Source: Thalia democratica (lineage: Eukaryota). Taken from it: a stretch of 64,000 bases of DNA. Positions 37,801-51,474 of the stretch are shown here, one piece after another. The translations under genes and the position numbers were made by a program. The notes under the pieces are model-generated. The model worked only from the letters and a program-made list of their open reading frames with translations, searched no databases and was not told where the DNA came from. The stretch is taken from the NCBI GenBank assembly GCA_965202585.1, contig OZ241831.1:10168001-10232000 (forward strand), written 5' to 3'. Position 1 is the first letter of the stretch; every line of letters begins with the position of its first letter.

Positions 37801-40679
37801 CTTGTTAAGCCAGTATATTGTGTAAATTTAGAATGCTTTGAATGTGTAATGTGCAAATGTTTATTGATTGGACTTGGTTGATATTTATAATGTGATTATC
37901 TCGGTATATATATATGGTAAGTTTTGGTTTGTTAATAATAAAAAATAATTTGTATGGGTATGCATCATTGTATTATTTATGTTTCTAAAATTGTTTTATT
38001 TTATTTGTTAGTTAAATCTTCCTACTTTAGCATACCTTGATTTTTTTTAACTTGCTTTAGACTATATTGTACTTTACTTATATAAGTTTCAGAAGCTTCA
38101 GTTTTGTTCAATAATTTTTATTTTTCTTAGTAATATTACAGTAAAGCAGTTGTTAAAAAGATTTTAAGATAGTTTTAAAGGTAAATGTATTTATTATGAA
38201 ACTGTTTTAATGTGATTTTGAAACTGATGAACAACTGATTTTAGGTTCTATGTTGACAGTGATCCATGGTTGGATTGTTAGTGTATTCATTGCATTGTAG
38301 TATTGGTGAATACTTGCTTTGTAATTTCTAAGCTTCATGATTTTCTCTAGTTTTGTGGTTTGTGTTGTTAGAAATGCAGGAAAGGACACATTTGCCCAAA
38401 GGAAGGCAATTGAAGTCAAGTATTAAACCTTACATTCTTTTTTAAACAGACTATTTTAAACAGACAATAATCTGAAAATGGTCTATTACTGTTTGATATA
38501 TCTGCATATTCAGTATTGTATATCTACTTGGGGTGGTGCTGCTAGTTGTCATTTGAAGGCAATTATTAGTAGACAAAAAAGGATTATAAGAAATGTTTGT
38601 CGCATATCTGCACTGACTCTAACAAATTCCTTGTTTGTTAAAACTCGTATTCTGATATTTATTGTGGTTTTATTTGCAAGTTTGTAAGTTAATGATGAAA
38701 AATTTGAGAGGATTTGAGGTTGACCACAGTTGCTTTACTCCAGTATAGTTTTTATTTACAATATTAGACATTTAAAATACAAAAACTTTATTGTTGAAAG
38801 TCCTAGAACAGGGCTTGGCTTAAATTCTTTCAGGTATTAAATTGTGGTAAATTGTTCCCAACAATTTTTTTAACTTATAAAAGGATCAGTTTAAATACAG
38901 TTACAAAAAATCTTGTTAAGCCAGTATATTGTGTAAATTTAGAATGCTTTGAATGTGTAATGTGCAAATGTTTATTGATTGGACTTGGTTGATATTTATA
39001 ATGTGATTATCTTGGTATATATATATGGTAAGTTTTGGTTTGTTAATAATAAAAAATAATTTGTATGGGTATGCATCATTGTATTATTTATGTTTCTAAA
39101 ATTGTTTTATTTTATTTGTTAGTTAAATCTTCCTACTTTAGCCTACCTTGATTTTTTTTAACTTGCTTTAGACTATATTGTACTTTACTTATATAAGTTT
39201 CAGAAGCTTCAGTTTTGTTCAATAATTTTTATTTTTCTTAGTAATATTACAGTAAAGCAGTTGTTAAAAAGATTTTAAGATAGTTTTAAAGGTAAATGTA
39301 TTTATTATGAAACTGTTTTAATGTGATTTTGAAACTGATGAACAACTGATTTTAGGTTCTATGTTGACAGTGATCCATGGTTGGATTATTAGTGTATTCA
39401 TTGCATTGTAGTATTGGTGAATACTTGCTTTGTAATTTCTAAGCTTCATGATTTTCTCTAGTTTTGTGGTTTGTGTTGTTAGAAATGCAGGAAAGGACAC
39501 ATTTGCCCAAAGGAAGGCAATTGAAGTCAAGTATTAAACCTTACATTCTTTTTTAAACAGACTATTTTAAACAGACAATAATCTGAAAATGGTCTATTAC
39601 TGTTTGATATATCTGCATATTCAGTATTGTATATCTACTTGGGGTGGTGCTGCTAGTTGTCATTTGAAGGCAATTATTAGTAGACAAAAAAGGATTATAA
39701 GAAATGTTTGTCGCATATCTGCACTGACTCTAACAAATTCCTTGTTTGTTAAAACTCGTATTCTGATATTTATTGTGGTTTTATTTGCAAGTTTGTAAGT
39801 TAATAATGAAAAATTTGAGAGGATTTGAGGTTGACCACAGTTGCTTTACTCCAGTATAGTTTTTATTTACAATATTAGACATTTAAAATACAAAAACTTT
39901 ATTGTTGAAAGTCCTAGAAAAGGGCTTGGCTTAAATTCTTTCAGGTATTAAATTTTGGTAAATTGTTCCCCACAATTTTTCAACTTATAAAAGGATCAGT
40001 TTAAATACAGTTACAAAAAATCTTGTTAAGCCAGTATATTGTGTAAATTTAGAATGCTTTGAATGTGTAATGTGCAAATGTTTATTAGTTGGACTTGGTT
40101 GATATTTATAATGTGATTATCTTGGTATATATATATATGGTAAGTTTTGGTTTGTTAATAATAAAAAATAATTTGTATGGGTATGCATCATTGTATTATT
40201 TATGTTTCTAAAATTGTTTTATTTTATTTATTAGTTAAATCTTCCTACTTTAGAATACCTTGATTTTTTTTAACTTGCTTTAGACTACATTGTACTTTAC
40301 TTATATAAGTTTCAGAAGCTTCAGTTTTGTTCAATAATTTTTATTTTTCTTAGTAGTATTACAGTAAAGCAGTTGTTTAAAAGATTTTAAGATAGTTTTA
40401 AAGGTAAGTTTATTTATTATGAAACTGTTTTAATGTGATTTTGAAACTGATGAACAACTGATTTTAGGTTCTATGTTGACAGTGATCCATGGTTGGATTG
40501 TTAGTGTATTCATTGCATTGTAGTATTGGTGAATACTTGCTTTGCAATTTCTAAGCTTCATGATTTTCTCTAGTTTTGTGGTTTGTGTTGTTAGAAATGC
40601 AGGAAAGGACACATTTTCCCAAAGGAAGGCAATTGAATTCTAATATTAAACCTTACATTTTTTTTTAAACAGACTATTT
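37353..40679. repeat. Tandem array of three ~1111-bp units
   Basis: Units start at 37353, 38464 and 39575 with ACAATAATCTGAAAATGG and are nearly identical. Junctions read TTTAAACAGACTATTTTAAACAGAC. Confidence 0.97.
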
Positions 40680-40690
40680 ATTTATAAATA

Positions 40691-41564
40691 CAGTAGACTA
40701 CCGCTTAAGTACGCAAGTTGCACGGGTAGTGCGTACTTTGACATAGTATAACATGAAATTTAGTTATTTGTTTTCTTTCTTACAACTAGCCATCAAATAA
40801 TTAAGCCAATAAACAACATTTTTATTTTAAATAACATTTAATACATAATTTTAATCTGCAAATTTTTTTAATAGATTTTAAAATGATTTATTTCTTCTAT
40901 AAAAAGTTTCTTTGTTATTAATACATACAATTAATATAGAAAGTCAATTTCAGTCTTTTCACTTTTCTTCAACCACTACATAAGTATTTAGTTTATTAAC
41001 ATTTAATAACAGGACTGTTACAACCTCAGGCCACTTAGACTACTCAGGATTATTCACCCTAGTTTAAAAGTTGTGAAAGTCTCAGGCTAACTCAGCAGGT
41101 TGGCCACTCTACCTGGAAACATAAATATAATCTTGAAAAACTTGATGATTGAAAATTTAGGCAAAAAAACTGGAACTTCTTAGAAGTTCTAAAATAACAT
41201 CCTTTATTTCGATAAATAAATTGTACATATAACGGCACAATTAAAAATGTAGGTTGGATTGTATTTTTAAAACTTTTATTTTTCTAGTTTATATTAAATA
41301 CTTTTCAGATATTTTTAAGAGCATTGAGTTATGTCTGCTACTAAAAAGCGATTAACTAAGTTGGAAAGGTTAGAAAAATTTTTAAAAGCAATTATTCAGC
41401 TTATTTGTTTATTTAAATTTGATAAAAATATATAAAAAAATTAAAAAAAATATAAATAAAATTTAGAATTTTTTTTTGTTTTTCTGGATAAGTGCGTACT
41501 TAAGGCGGGGTGCGTACCAAAAAAAGTACAAAAAAAAAGTGCGTACTTAAGCGGTAGTCTACTG
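40691..41564. mobile_element. Tc1/mariner (pogo-like) MITE
   Basis: Perfect 25-bp TIR CAGTAGACTACCGCTTAAGTACGCA, TA on both flanks, no ORF. Contains a CAGGG-MITE fragment at about 41096-41180. Confidence 0.92.
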
Positions 41565-42949
41565 TACTTAAATAGATAATAAATTAACCTTTTTTTGTCA
41601 TAAGTAAGTAGTGACCTTTAGTTGATTTTATACTTTTGTTTTTAAAACATTAAATATTAATCAAGTTGAGTTAAAAAAAGGATTAATTGAAAAATTAGTA
41701 AGTCATGTTCATTTAAAAATACTAATTTTCTGAATTATTAAAAAAATATTAAGAAAAACTTTTTGAAAAAAAGTTTAATAAATTTATTTAGTAAATAATA
41801 TATTTGACAGACGAATTTTGTTAAAAAAGCATAAACTATTATGAAAGTGCTGAGAAAAACGTTCATGTAAGTTATTTTAAGTATGAAAAGCAGATATATA
41901 GTATTTTCTTTTTAATTATGTTTGAGGAAATAAAATGTTTTTTTGTTTTAAAGTAAAATATTACTGCTGTGAATACAAACTTTTTTTGTAATAAGATTCG
42001 AACTTTAACTCAATAATTAATATAATATAATTAATGTAATATTTAAACTATTGTTTAGACTTGTTTTTTTTTTTGAATATTGATGCTTTAGATATTTGAA
42101 AGTTATACTGTTTGAGATTAATTTTATTATAAGTTTAAGTAGTTAAAGTCTATCTGAACTAAAAGCAAGTATTACACAGTATTACTACATACACAATACA
42201 CATACTTATATTGTTTTGTAAAAAACAGTTATTTTTAAAAATCGATTTATAACTAGACTTTTAAATATTACATTAACTAAGCAATCTTAAGATATAACCT
42301 TTTAAACGTTTTCAAAAATAGTATGTGGAATTTTATGAAATTAAAAAAAATAGATTTTATTAATAAAGACTGTTTAACCTCAAAATAATTTTTTTTAGTT
42401 TGAAACTATAGTTTTTTATAATTGTTTGTAGGTTAGACAGCAAACATAGCTTAAAAGAAATAAGTTGCTAACTATTTAATTAATATTTTACACTATAAGA
42501 ATAAAATTTTAGTAAAAGTTTGAAAGCCTATTTTTGTTGTAATTTATATACTACATTTAAATAGAACTATATGATATATATTTCATATTTACTGGAATAT
42601 ATAAAAGAAAGCAAAGCTTAAAAAGCTCTAATGTAATTTTTTTTTAATAGGCTTGAATTGCAACTAATTTTCATAACATTTAATACAAATGTTATTGCTG
42701 AAGGTAAGTTCGTTGTACATTTAATTAGTTTTGATATTTTTTTGTTTTTTGAATACTTTAGAACATTTATTATGATATCAATAATAATTAATAATAATAT
42801 ATTTAATAATAATATTTATTAATAGTTTATGTAAAATCAGATATGACTGTTTAAAATTTAAAATTAATTGTTTGCTAATAGAGATCCTAGCAAAGCAAGT
42901 TCACTGAAATATATAATTAAAATAAATTTAAACAGTACTTTTTGTATAT

Positions 42950-43440
42950 TAAATTAACACATGTTTCTGTGTGTTAACAAGTATAAAATATAACAAGTTA
43001 ACACACTTCAACGAAGATCTGTAAAAAAATAAATACTGTAAGGAAAAAACAGAAGCTAAAGTAGGTATATATATGTGTTGGTTAAAAATATGAATAATTA
43101 CTGTAGATTATTTTAGATTAATGATTAAATAATAGGTACAATATATAATGTTAAATCAGACTGTTATAAAACTATATAATATTTGTAGTTATTAAATCTA
43201 ATTTATGATAAAGTAAAGTAAAATACAAATAACAAATCACAGTATGAACCACTCATATGAAAGTTGAAGAAATACTAATTCATAGGACTATACGGTCGTT
43301 CAGTATTTGAAAAAATATTTAGTAATTAGGTCACAATATTGTGTTCTAATATATTAGCATTAAAAGATTCATTTACCTTGCATTGCAAGACAGGTAATTT
43401 ATTCTTTATGTCTGAAAAAAAAACAGTCATGCACTTTAAT
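42950..43440 (-). repeat. LINE 3'-end fragment
   Basis: Collinear with 51735-52220 and 34100-34290. Confidence 0.7.
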
Positions 43441-44694
43441 TAAAAAAAAGATTTATAATTATTTTTAATACATAATAAGTAATCTATTGCAAATAAAAAT
43501 AAGTATCACAACCACAAACACTTGCAAGTTTAATACTTCATGTTTTTAAGCTGTATAAATTATTGACCAGTTCGTTAAATTTATTATGACGTAACATTTC
43601 TGCACAGCTCAATTTAATTTTCATTTTTAAAACTTGCCTATTCTTAGAGCTTTTTGAGGTTAGTGCCTACTTTTATTAAATTTGTATTTTTTGTAGACAA
43701 TTTTATAATTTTATGTTTTTATCCAAAACTTTGTTTTTAAATCATAAAGTTCATTTATAGTTACTACCTACATAAACACTATACATAATTATACATGCTT
43801 TTCTGCTTTTTTTCTAATGTGTGTTAATATTTTATAGACTCCGTAGATCTGTTCTTAAATTTATTTGAGAGCAGTGAAACGCCGTTAGTTGAAATAAAGT
43901 TTTAACACAAGAACATCTGTGGTATAATTGTATATCCTAAGTTTATACATGATTTTTATTTATTTATATTTTTTACATGTCACTTTTCAATTCAAATCAG
44001 GTTCCTTTCCTTTAACTTAGAATATATTTCTCATGTACTTTTATGTTTTAAGTTTCAATTTTGATTGTAAACCTGTAAATGTCACAGATAAACCGTGCTT
44101 TTTTACCTACTAAGCCCAATAGATCAGTAAGGGGATTTTACTGCAGGTTTATACTTAGCACTTAACCCTTTTGTTATTTTACACTCATATTAAGCATAAA
44201 TTCGTAATTTATTACATAATTAAAATATCTGTATAAGATCTATTTTATTTTAACACACGACTGCTCTTTACTAAATTGATAAATAATTATCTCACTTAAT
44301 ATGTAGTGTTTATGCGGTTAATGTAGTAATGTTTTTTATGTACAATGCTGTGACTTAATTTGTTGATCACGGCTTTGAATGCTAAATAATAATTTTAGTT
44401 TTGTGCATTTGTGTCTTTCAGATCTGCATCTAAGTGGTTAATTTGTTTTTTAATTATATCTAACTATAATTTTGTTTTAATTCATTCAGATTTAACCATA
44501 AAAAACATTTTATAAATGTATTTTACACCGAGTTTCTATAGATTTAATTACCGTAAGCTATAATTAAATTATAAGTATATAGTATTTCGTTGGACTACTT
44601 TTTAAATTACAAGTTAATTTATTGATTCAGTGATTAATGCTTTTTGTTTTGCTTATTTTTATTTACAATAAATTGCTTACTATGTATTCAAAAT

Positions 44695-45915
44695 TAGTGA
44701 TCTACCGAATCCGAACATTTTTTGCTTTGATACGAATCCGGCTAAGTCCTAGTTTTTAAAAAAGATCGTTTGGATCCTAGCTGAGATTTGGCTGGACCGT
44801 ATCCAGTAAGTTTAGAAAGACTTTGTTTTCCGTGATCAGCTTCTTTTAGTTTTCTATACTTAGATTATTGTATTTTGTATATTTACCAGCGATCAAGGTT
44901 TCATAGACCTGTTGGCTGCTCTAGAGCCAAGTTACTTTTTAACCAAATGGGTTATATCTACTTTCGAGCTAGTTTAATAAAGTTACAAACTTATTCCTAA
45001 ATTATGAATAAAACACACTTTGAATAAATGCAATTTACTTTATTTTCAATAATAATTCTTAGTTCTGAAGAAAGAAACTATTAAATCACGACACAAATAA
45101 AATCTATAAAAAGTATCAACAATCGTTAAGTTACATAAATACTAACATCAACTCCGCGATGTAGACGTTTTCTTTATTCTCGAAACTTGAATAAAACGTT
45201 AAATTTAATCGTAACTTGATCGTACCGCGGAATAACTTTGCAACTAACTTTAACGCTTATTTGAAAGACAAACGCCGATATATACGCGTCGGAATGAAAT
45301 TAACTCTTTAAAATAAAATAAATGTTTGTTTTTAATACTGGAAGCACGTCACGAAACCTGCGTAAAACAGTTTACAACATCCGCTTTAAAATACGAAAAT
45401 GAGATGTTAATATCATTACAACTTGATTCCGAGTACTAAATACTTCATTGATACAATGCTTCCTCAGACTTATGGAAGTTTGAAGATAAAAATACAAATT
45501 GAGTTATCAGAAGCTTCGTGTTTGTCATTTACAAGTGACATTTGGACAAATTCGAAGACAACGACATAGCATCTTTCTTTAACAGCGCATTGGTTCAATG
45601 AAAGCTTTGAGTACAAACACCAAGCTTTGCACTGTAAGGAAATAGTAGGTTCTCTCACTGTCTTTAATATTTGTGAAAACATAAAGGAGATGCATGAAAA
45701 TTAGGGTATTAATATGAATGGCATTCACGTTTTTCTGCGTGACAATGCAGTTAACATGAAGGCTGATATGATCTTTAGCACCCTGTTTCATTCACACGCT
45801 TTATAATTAATACCCTAATTAAAGATTCACTGCTTTCACTAAATAACATATTAGCCAAGGCCCGTCAAACTGTTGGCCACTTAAGTTATTTTTCTACAAA
45901 GTGCGAGAAGATAAA
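44695..45915 (+). mobile_element. Internally deleted hAT (Ac/ZBED-like) transposon with transposase remnant
   Basis: TAGTGATCTA start with CCGAATCC motifs. DQGFIDLLAALEPSY at 44891. From 45423: LIPSTKYF...SFTSDIWT...SLTAHWF...HVFLRDNAVNMKA...ARQTVGH, with stops. Confidence 0.8.
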
Positions 45916-47066
45916 AAATCTAGGTCTTTTTAGGTTCACCAGTGTCAATAAAAAATTGTTGCCTATGATTCTATACTCAATTCTATTTTTAAAGTTTCTT
46001 GCTGATGTCATATATGTCTTTCTTGCAAGACAGGCTGCTAAGGCGACTATTTATCATTAGGTTTAGTTGTTATTGTAATTACTTTAAATTTATTAGTATT
46101 TAATCTGTTGAATATTTATAAGTATTATTTTCTGTTCATTTTATTCTAAACTTCGTACGTGCTTTTTCTTAAGTTGATTAAAGTATAAGGAAAGCCAGTT
46201 TTGAACATGTCATTTTTAATAAATATACTGTGTTTATTATATTATATTCTTTAAAGTTTCTTAAAATTATTTCTAGTAACATTTAGAATATTTGTCTAAA
46301 GTAATCATCTGATTAAAAAACAAAATCTCAAAATTGTTACTGTTCTAGTTTATAATACCAAGAATTTTATTTTAAAGAGTATTTACAAGAATTAATAATA
46401 AATATGATTTATTTTAACTAATATTTGTTATTTGATTGTATAGTATAATTAAACAAACTGAATCATCAATATTCTGTCTACAATTTTATTTTCACTACGT
46501 TATTCTATAAGTTACATGTGTTGTAACTTTTTTACTTTTAAATATTGTTTAGTTGAAACATATAATATAATATACTAAGACTTTAAAATTGATTAGTGAG
46601 CTCTTTTGTTTCTTTTTTTTTAATATTTTGCATCAGACATATATATTTAAGCTTCACATTAACACAGTCTTCAAAAGTAAAATTAGTTTTTAAAGAACTT
46701 TGAACTATGTAATTATTACTGTTGTTGCTTAAAAGCTAAGTTTCAGTAAAATGTTTCCGCCTTGTAAAAAGTTATTTATTTTAAGATATTAAAATATATA
46801 TTTTGACAGTAATCTTTTTTACAGTCTAAAAATTTTCTACTCGGAACTTCCTTAGAAGTTTCTTTTATTTGTTTTAGTGAAATTGCACTTAAGCTAGTTT
46901 TTTTCAGAATCAAAAGAAAAACTAAATATTAACAAAAATAAATAAACAAGTATGTTTTGTTATAGCATTTTATGATAACATTTAAAAAAATTTAATTTAA
47001 TAAATAGACAACTTGAAAATTAGTTTATGTACCATGTGTTTTAAGATAAGTATATATATTTTTAAG

Positions 47067-47455
47067 ACTCGAAAATCCTGAAAGCTGTAACAGTTCTGCC
47101 CGGCCAGAATTCAGTCAAGGTGTGTGAAGGAAACGGAGGTGAAATAGCAAGTTTCTTAGACGAAGGACTAGATGAAATTAGGTCCGTATTAGAAGAAAAT
47201 AGGCTAATTGAAGACAATTATATTTTTTACCATTTTTTATGGGAAAAGGGTTGTCCCAATTATTTTCTATTTCATTTGGAGGGAACTATCGAATGTTTCC
47301 AAAAGTGCAAACCTTTACTTAAAAGTTACGTTGTTATTTGTTACATAACTAAGGATGAAGAAAAAGTAAAAGTTGAACCGGTAAAAGATGATTTAAATTC
47401 TCTTCTGATCGCATTCTGTCTAACTTTTTGCTGGATATTAAGAAATAAAATGATA
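47067..47455 (+). CDS. Kinase gene exon: N-terminal region and transmembrane helix
   Basis: TTTTTAAG acceptor and GTAAGC donor. Open frame ending LNSLLIAFCLTFCWILRNKMI; phase 0 joins 48489. Confidence 0.65.
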
Positions 47456-48488
47456 GTAAGCAAATAATATGTTCTTATATTTTTTACTAAATTAATGATA
47501 TTTAAAAGAACTTAAAGGAAACGCGTTAAAATTGTTAATCTTTTTTTTTTTAGGTTATAAGTTATCATTTCTTTCTTTTTTAATATGTATGAGTTTCCTT
47601 TGTCTAGTAACTTAATATAAATACATTTTTTAAATTAAGAATAGGAAAAAATGCTGTTTTTCTTGTTCTGAGTAGAACTTTTTAATTAAAGCAAATCTGT
47701 ATACATATGTTTACAACTAACATATTTATGAAAGTACAACATTGTTTAGTTTATAAACTTTTACAGGGTTGCATACAAAACTGTTTTGATGGTTCAATAA
47801 AAGTAAGTTACACGTTAAAGTTTATTGAAATAGCAAAGAAAAAAAACGCTCAAAAATATTGTCCAACGACCTGATTTATAGACAGATCTTTTGGATATCT
47901 AACTACACACTAATTATTAACTTTAATACTTCAAGCTGTAAAATAACATATCTTTAAAAATTAATAACTTTTACATAAAAATAAATTAGATTCAGATTAT
48001 AAATAGATTTGATTACAAAGTACCTAATATAGCACAAGTAAACTAGCTTATCTTTTCCTTAATAAATTATTTGTTAATACACTCATGTCGTTACCTTCAA
48101 CCACTTTATAGTACTAAGCGTTAAACGTATAAATTTGCTGAATCCCTTTTTTATTTCTTTTAAAGGGATAATTTGCTGTATAAAAAAGTGTATTAAAATT
48201 CCTTTTCTATAAGAATATTAAAACTACGATCACAATGTATCATAACGACCTTATATATATTTTTTAAACATACAAGATTATTTTGTTTTATATGAAGTAC
48301 TGAAAAGTATTTATTCTAGATTACTAAAATATACTAAATCTTAATTATTTAATATATTTTTAAGTTTTAAACGAACTTTATTTGATTGACTTGAAAACTA
48401 ATTTTACTTTATTAATATCCGTGTGTTTGTATACTTTTTATTTAAAGGGTTAGTTAATTGTATCTCGAATTCATTACTTATAAAAAAG

Positions 48489-48617
48489 GTCGAAAAAGAA
48501 GAACAAAGAGCAATCGAAGAAGAAGGAAAAGATCAAGGAAAAGCGGGAGAAGAAAAAGGAAAAAACACGAATCAGCGCCCCATCTTTAACTTTCAATTTA
48601 TCAAGAACCTCGGAGAA
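48489..48617 (+). CDS. Kinase gene exon: charged linker and start of subdomain I
   Basis: VEKEEQRAIEEEGK...FNFQFIKNLGE, GTTAGT donor. Confidence 0.8.
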
Positions 48618-49252
48618 GTTAGTTTAATGGTAGTTTAAATTAAAAAACAGTATCGTACTTCAAGTATATACTATCTGGTTTATGTTATGCATGTTTTTTT
48701 TAATAAACACAGTTAATGTTTTATCATTGATTTAGTATTTGAGTAAAAAGTTGTAGTTATGAAATTTTTGCTTTTTTATACAGTAAAGATTTATCAGTTA
48801 TATAAGTATGCATAAACTTTAGTTGATAAAGATTATTTATTTTTTTTAATAAATTGTCAAAACCGTTTTTTGTTTAAAAAGAGTAACTAATAGGTTTCTA
48901 AGTAGGTAAATTAATTATAGCTATTAAGATTTCAAAAGTTTTTCTTTATAGTTTTGAGTAACTGCAGTATTCAATTGACAATTTTTAATTTAAAACTTGT
49001 GTTTTTATTAAGTTCCAAACTTAGACGCTAAAATAAATTTAAGTTATTTTTGTTTCATTGTGATAAAATCTTTGTATGTTGAGCAATCAATACCCCTTGG
49101 TTTTATCATAACTAAAATAACTAGTTCAAGTTGCTTTAGCAATTAATATACAACATAATCAGTTTTGGAATACATATGATATACGTAATTTGTTTGAATA
49201 GCTAAATACAAGCTGTGTATATGAATTAGCGTCAACTAATAACTTTTTACAG

Positions 49253-49320
49253 GGCAGCTTCGGAATGGTGTACGAAGTTCTGTACAATAACGACGGAACA
49301 AAGTACGCAATAAAAGTTCA
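49253..49320 (+). CDS. Kinase gene exon: Gly-loop and catalytic Lys
   Basis: GSFGMVYEVLYNNDGTKYAIKV. The GTCAGT donor in phase 2 matches the next exon. Confidence 0.88.
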
Positions 49321-49567
49321 GTCAGTTAGTAATGAGTGAGTCACAAACTTTAACTAACAGTTTTTGTTTACTTCAGTAAAAATATGCAATGTTATTCTGA
49401 ACTTTTTAAGAGCAGTTCATCAGTAAGTTATAAAACAATTTATAACTAAGGCAATCAATTTTTGATAACTACAACGGATTTTTGAATACTAACAACATTA
49501 AAAAAAATCTAAAAATTCAAAATTATCTATATTTATTAGAAAATTTAAAAAATGGTTTGTTTTTCAG

Positions 49568-49681
49568 ACAAGACAAAAAGAATATTAGTAGGGAAGTTTT
49601 AACGGTTGCCAAGCACGAAACTCATGAAAACATAGTTAGGTATTTTGATGTGCAAACAGACACGTTCGACCTGAAAGTCAG
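49568..49681 (+). CDS. Kinase gene exon: helix C and subdomain IV
   Basis: QDKKNISREVLTVAKHETHENIVRYFDVQTDTFDLKV, AG|GTAATT donor. Confidence 0.88.
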
Positions 49682-49934
49682 GTAATTAAAATAGCAATTA
49701 GTTAATTTTGGCTTCAACGTTGGCAAACAAATACTTTATAATCTTGCTAACAGAGTAAACTTACGTTTTTCAGTATTTTTGTTTCTAAATTAAAGCTATC
49801 AATGAATATTAAGATGGAAGTACTAGTAAATAGATACGACAATTAATTCTAAATTATTTTCTTATGTTGTCTTTTTATATAACAAAATTATAAAATTATT
49901 AACGTAGAAAGTAGAATTCTAATTATTCTTACAG

Positions 49935-49996
49935 AGATCTCATCATGAATGTTCCTGGCAATAAACCGAAATTGATAGAAAAGTTTACTATTGGCA
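49935..49996 (+). CDS. Kinase gene exon: kinase insert
   Basis: CTTACAG acceptor, DLIMNVPGNKPKLIEKFTIG, GTTAGT donor; phases 2 and 1 fit both neighbours. Confidence 0.7.
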
Positions 49997-50464
49997 GTTA
50001 GTTTTCATCATTTTATTTGAAATCGATGGTGCAGTTTTATTAATGTTTTCTCAATCTACTACATTGTATTTTACTGATTGTTACAAAGTTTTTCTTATTT
50101 TAAGCTAACTTAATGAATACTTGTTTATGTTTGTTCTGAAATGTCTACACAATCACTATTTTCAATTAAAATACTATTTTAAAAGTAAGTTTTATCATTA
50201 TTTTTAGAATACAATATTAAGCTTTTTTAAAAAGTAAGTTATGTTAAAAAAAAAATCAGTTGTATATTATGTAAATAAAAGCATTTCAGTACCATTTTTA
50301 TTTAACTAAAATGTTTTAAAAAAATAGTTTTTTGCTCAATAGAAATTAGTTTAAATTAATAATATACTTTATACTCTATACTCTTTTAGTTTATTAAAGC
50401 TTATTCTAGACTATGTACATTTATATTTGTATCAGTACAGTAGAAAAACAAAACATTCTTATAA

Positions 50465-50808
50465 CAGGGTTGCCACTTTACTTGGAAACCTGGAATTTGA
50501 CAATTTAGGCAAAAAAAAAACCTGGAGTTTTAAACAGTTTTTGCATGCTTTTTGTAGAAAATTTTGATATGATACAAAACATTTATCATATAGATAATTT
50601 TTTTGGTCATCAACAAAAATTTTTTTATTCAAAAACACTTTAAAGTAGCTTTACAGTATCTCTTCAACGGTTTCACACTATTTAACACAGTTTTTTACCT
50701 TCGACTTAACTTTAAACTAAAAATAAGCCTAAAAATGTGTACTTTTAAAAACCTGGAGGATATTTCGAAAATTTGGAAAAAAATTTGAAAAAACAAGTGG
50801 CAACCCTG
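50465..50808. mobile_element. CAGGG MITE in a kinase intron, 6-bp TSD
   Basis: CAGGGTTGCCACT...AGTGGCAACCCTG, flanked by TTATAA on both sides. Confidence 0.9.
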
Positions 50809-51474
50809 TTATAAAATAATAAGTAATAACTAACCTAAAGAAAAGTGTATTTTTGCATAGAGTTTTTTTTTTCAATCAAAACATTCCTTCAAAGTTACCT
50901 TGTTTTTTAAATAAAATTATACTTTTACGTGAGTAAAGAAAATGTAATTTATCTACATTAATCAAAAATACCTTCTTAATCAAGAAATAATCTTGTCTAA
51001 TTAAATTGCATCTAAAAAATTGTCATTGATTGTTTTTGTTAATGAACTAATTGAGGCCAAATAAATTTAAAGTACAAAAACTTAATTCACACAAAATTTT
51101 ACCTAAACTAAACAAAAATAATAGTTTCTTAATTTTATCGTTAGTAATTTATGTATTGCCTTTTTCATATGAAAAAAACATAACATTTTATAAAAATAAG
51201 CTAAAGTGAAAAAAAGTTCATCAATATGAAAGCATTAGCAAAGTGTTTAACATTTTTATTATTTATATAAAAGAACGTTTTAGCTTTTCTTTTAATATTT
51301 TTTAATTTTTTGATCTAGTTTAGTTTTTAATAAAGTAATCAAACTGAAAAAGAATGTTTAGTTTAAAGTATTAAATTAAGATAATTAATTTTGTAATAAT
51401 AAAAATGTTTTTTTTTAAACATTTCTAAACGATGCTTATACTTCACAAAAGTTATTATGTAATAAATTTTGCAG

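Noticed and set aside
38207-40612. Three repeated 60-70 aa minus-strand ORFs (MTSIAFLW...)
   Set aside because: They recur only because of the tandem duplication, lie in a dispersed repeat, and show no coding features.
45435-45470. Minus-strand CUGAGGA followed by a small hairpin
   Set aside because: No GAAA or stem I/III; lies in transposase coding remnant. Other CTGANGA hits (6808, 22567, 36674, 38223, 45064, 49417, 62028) fail in the same way.
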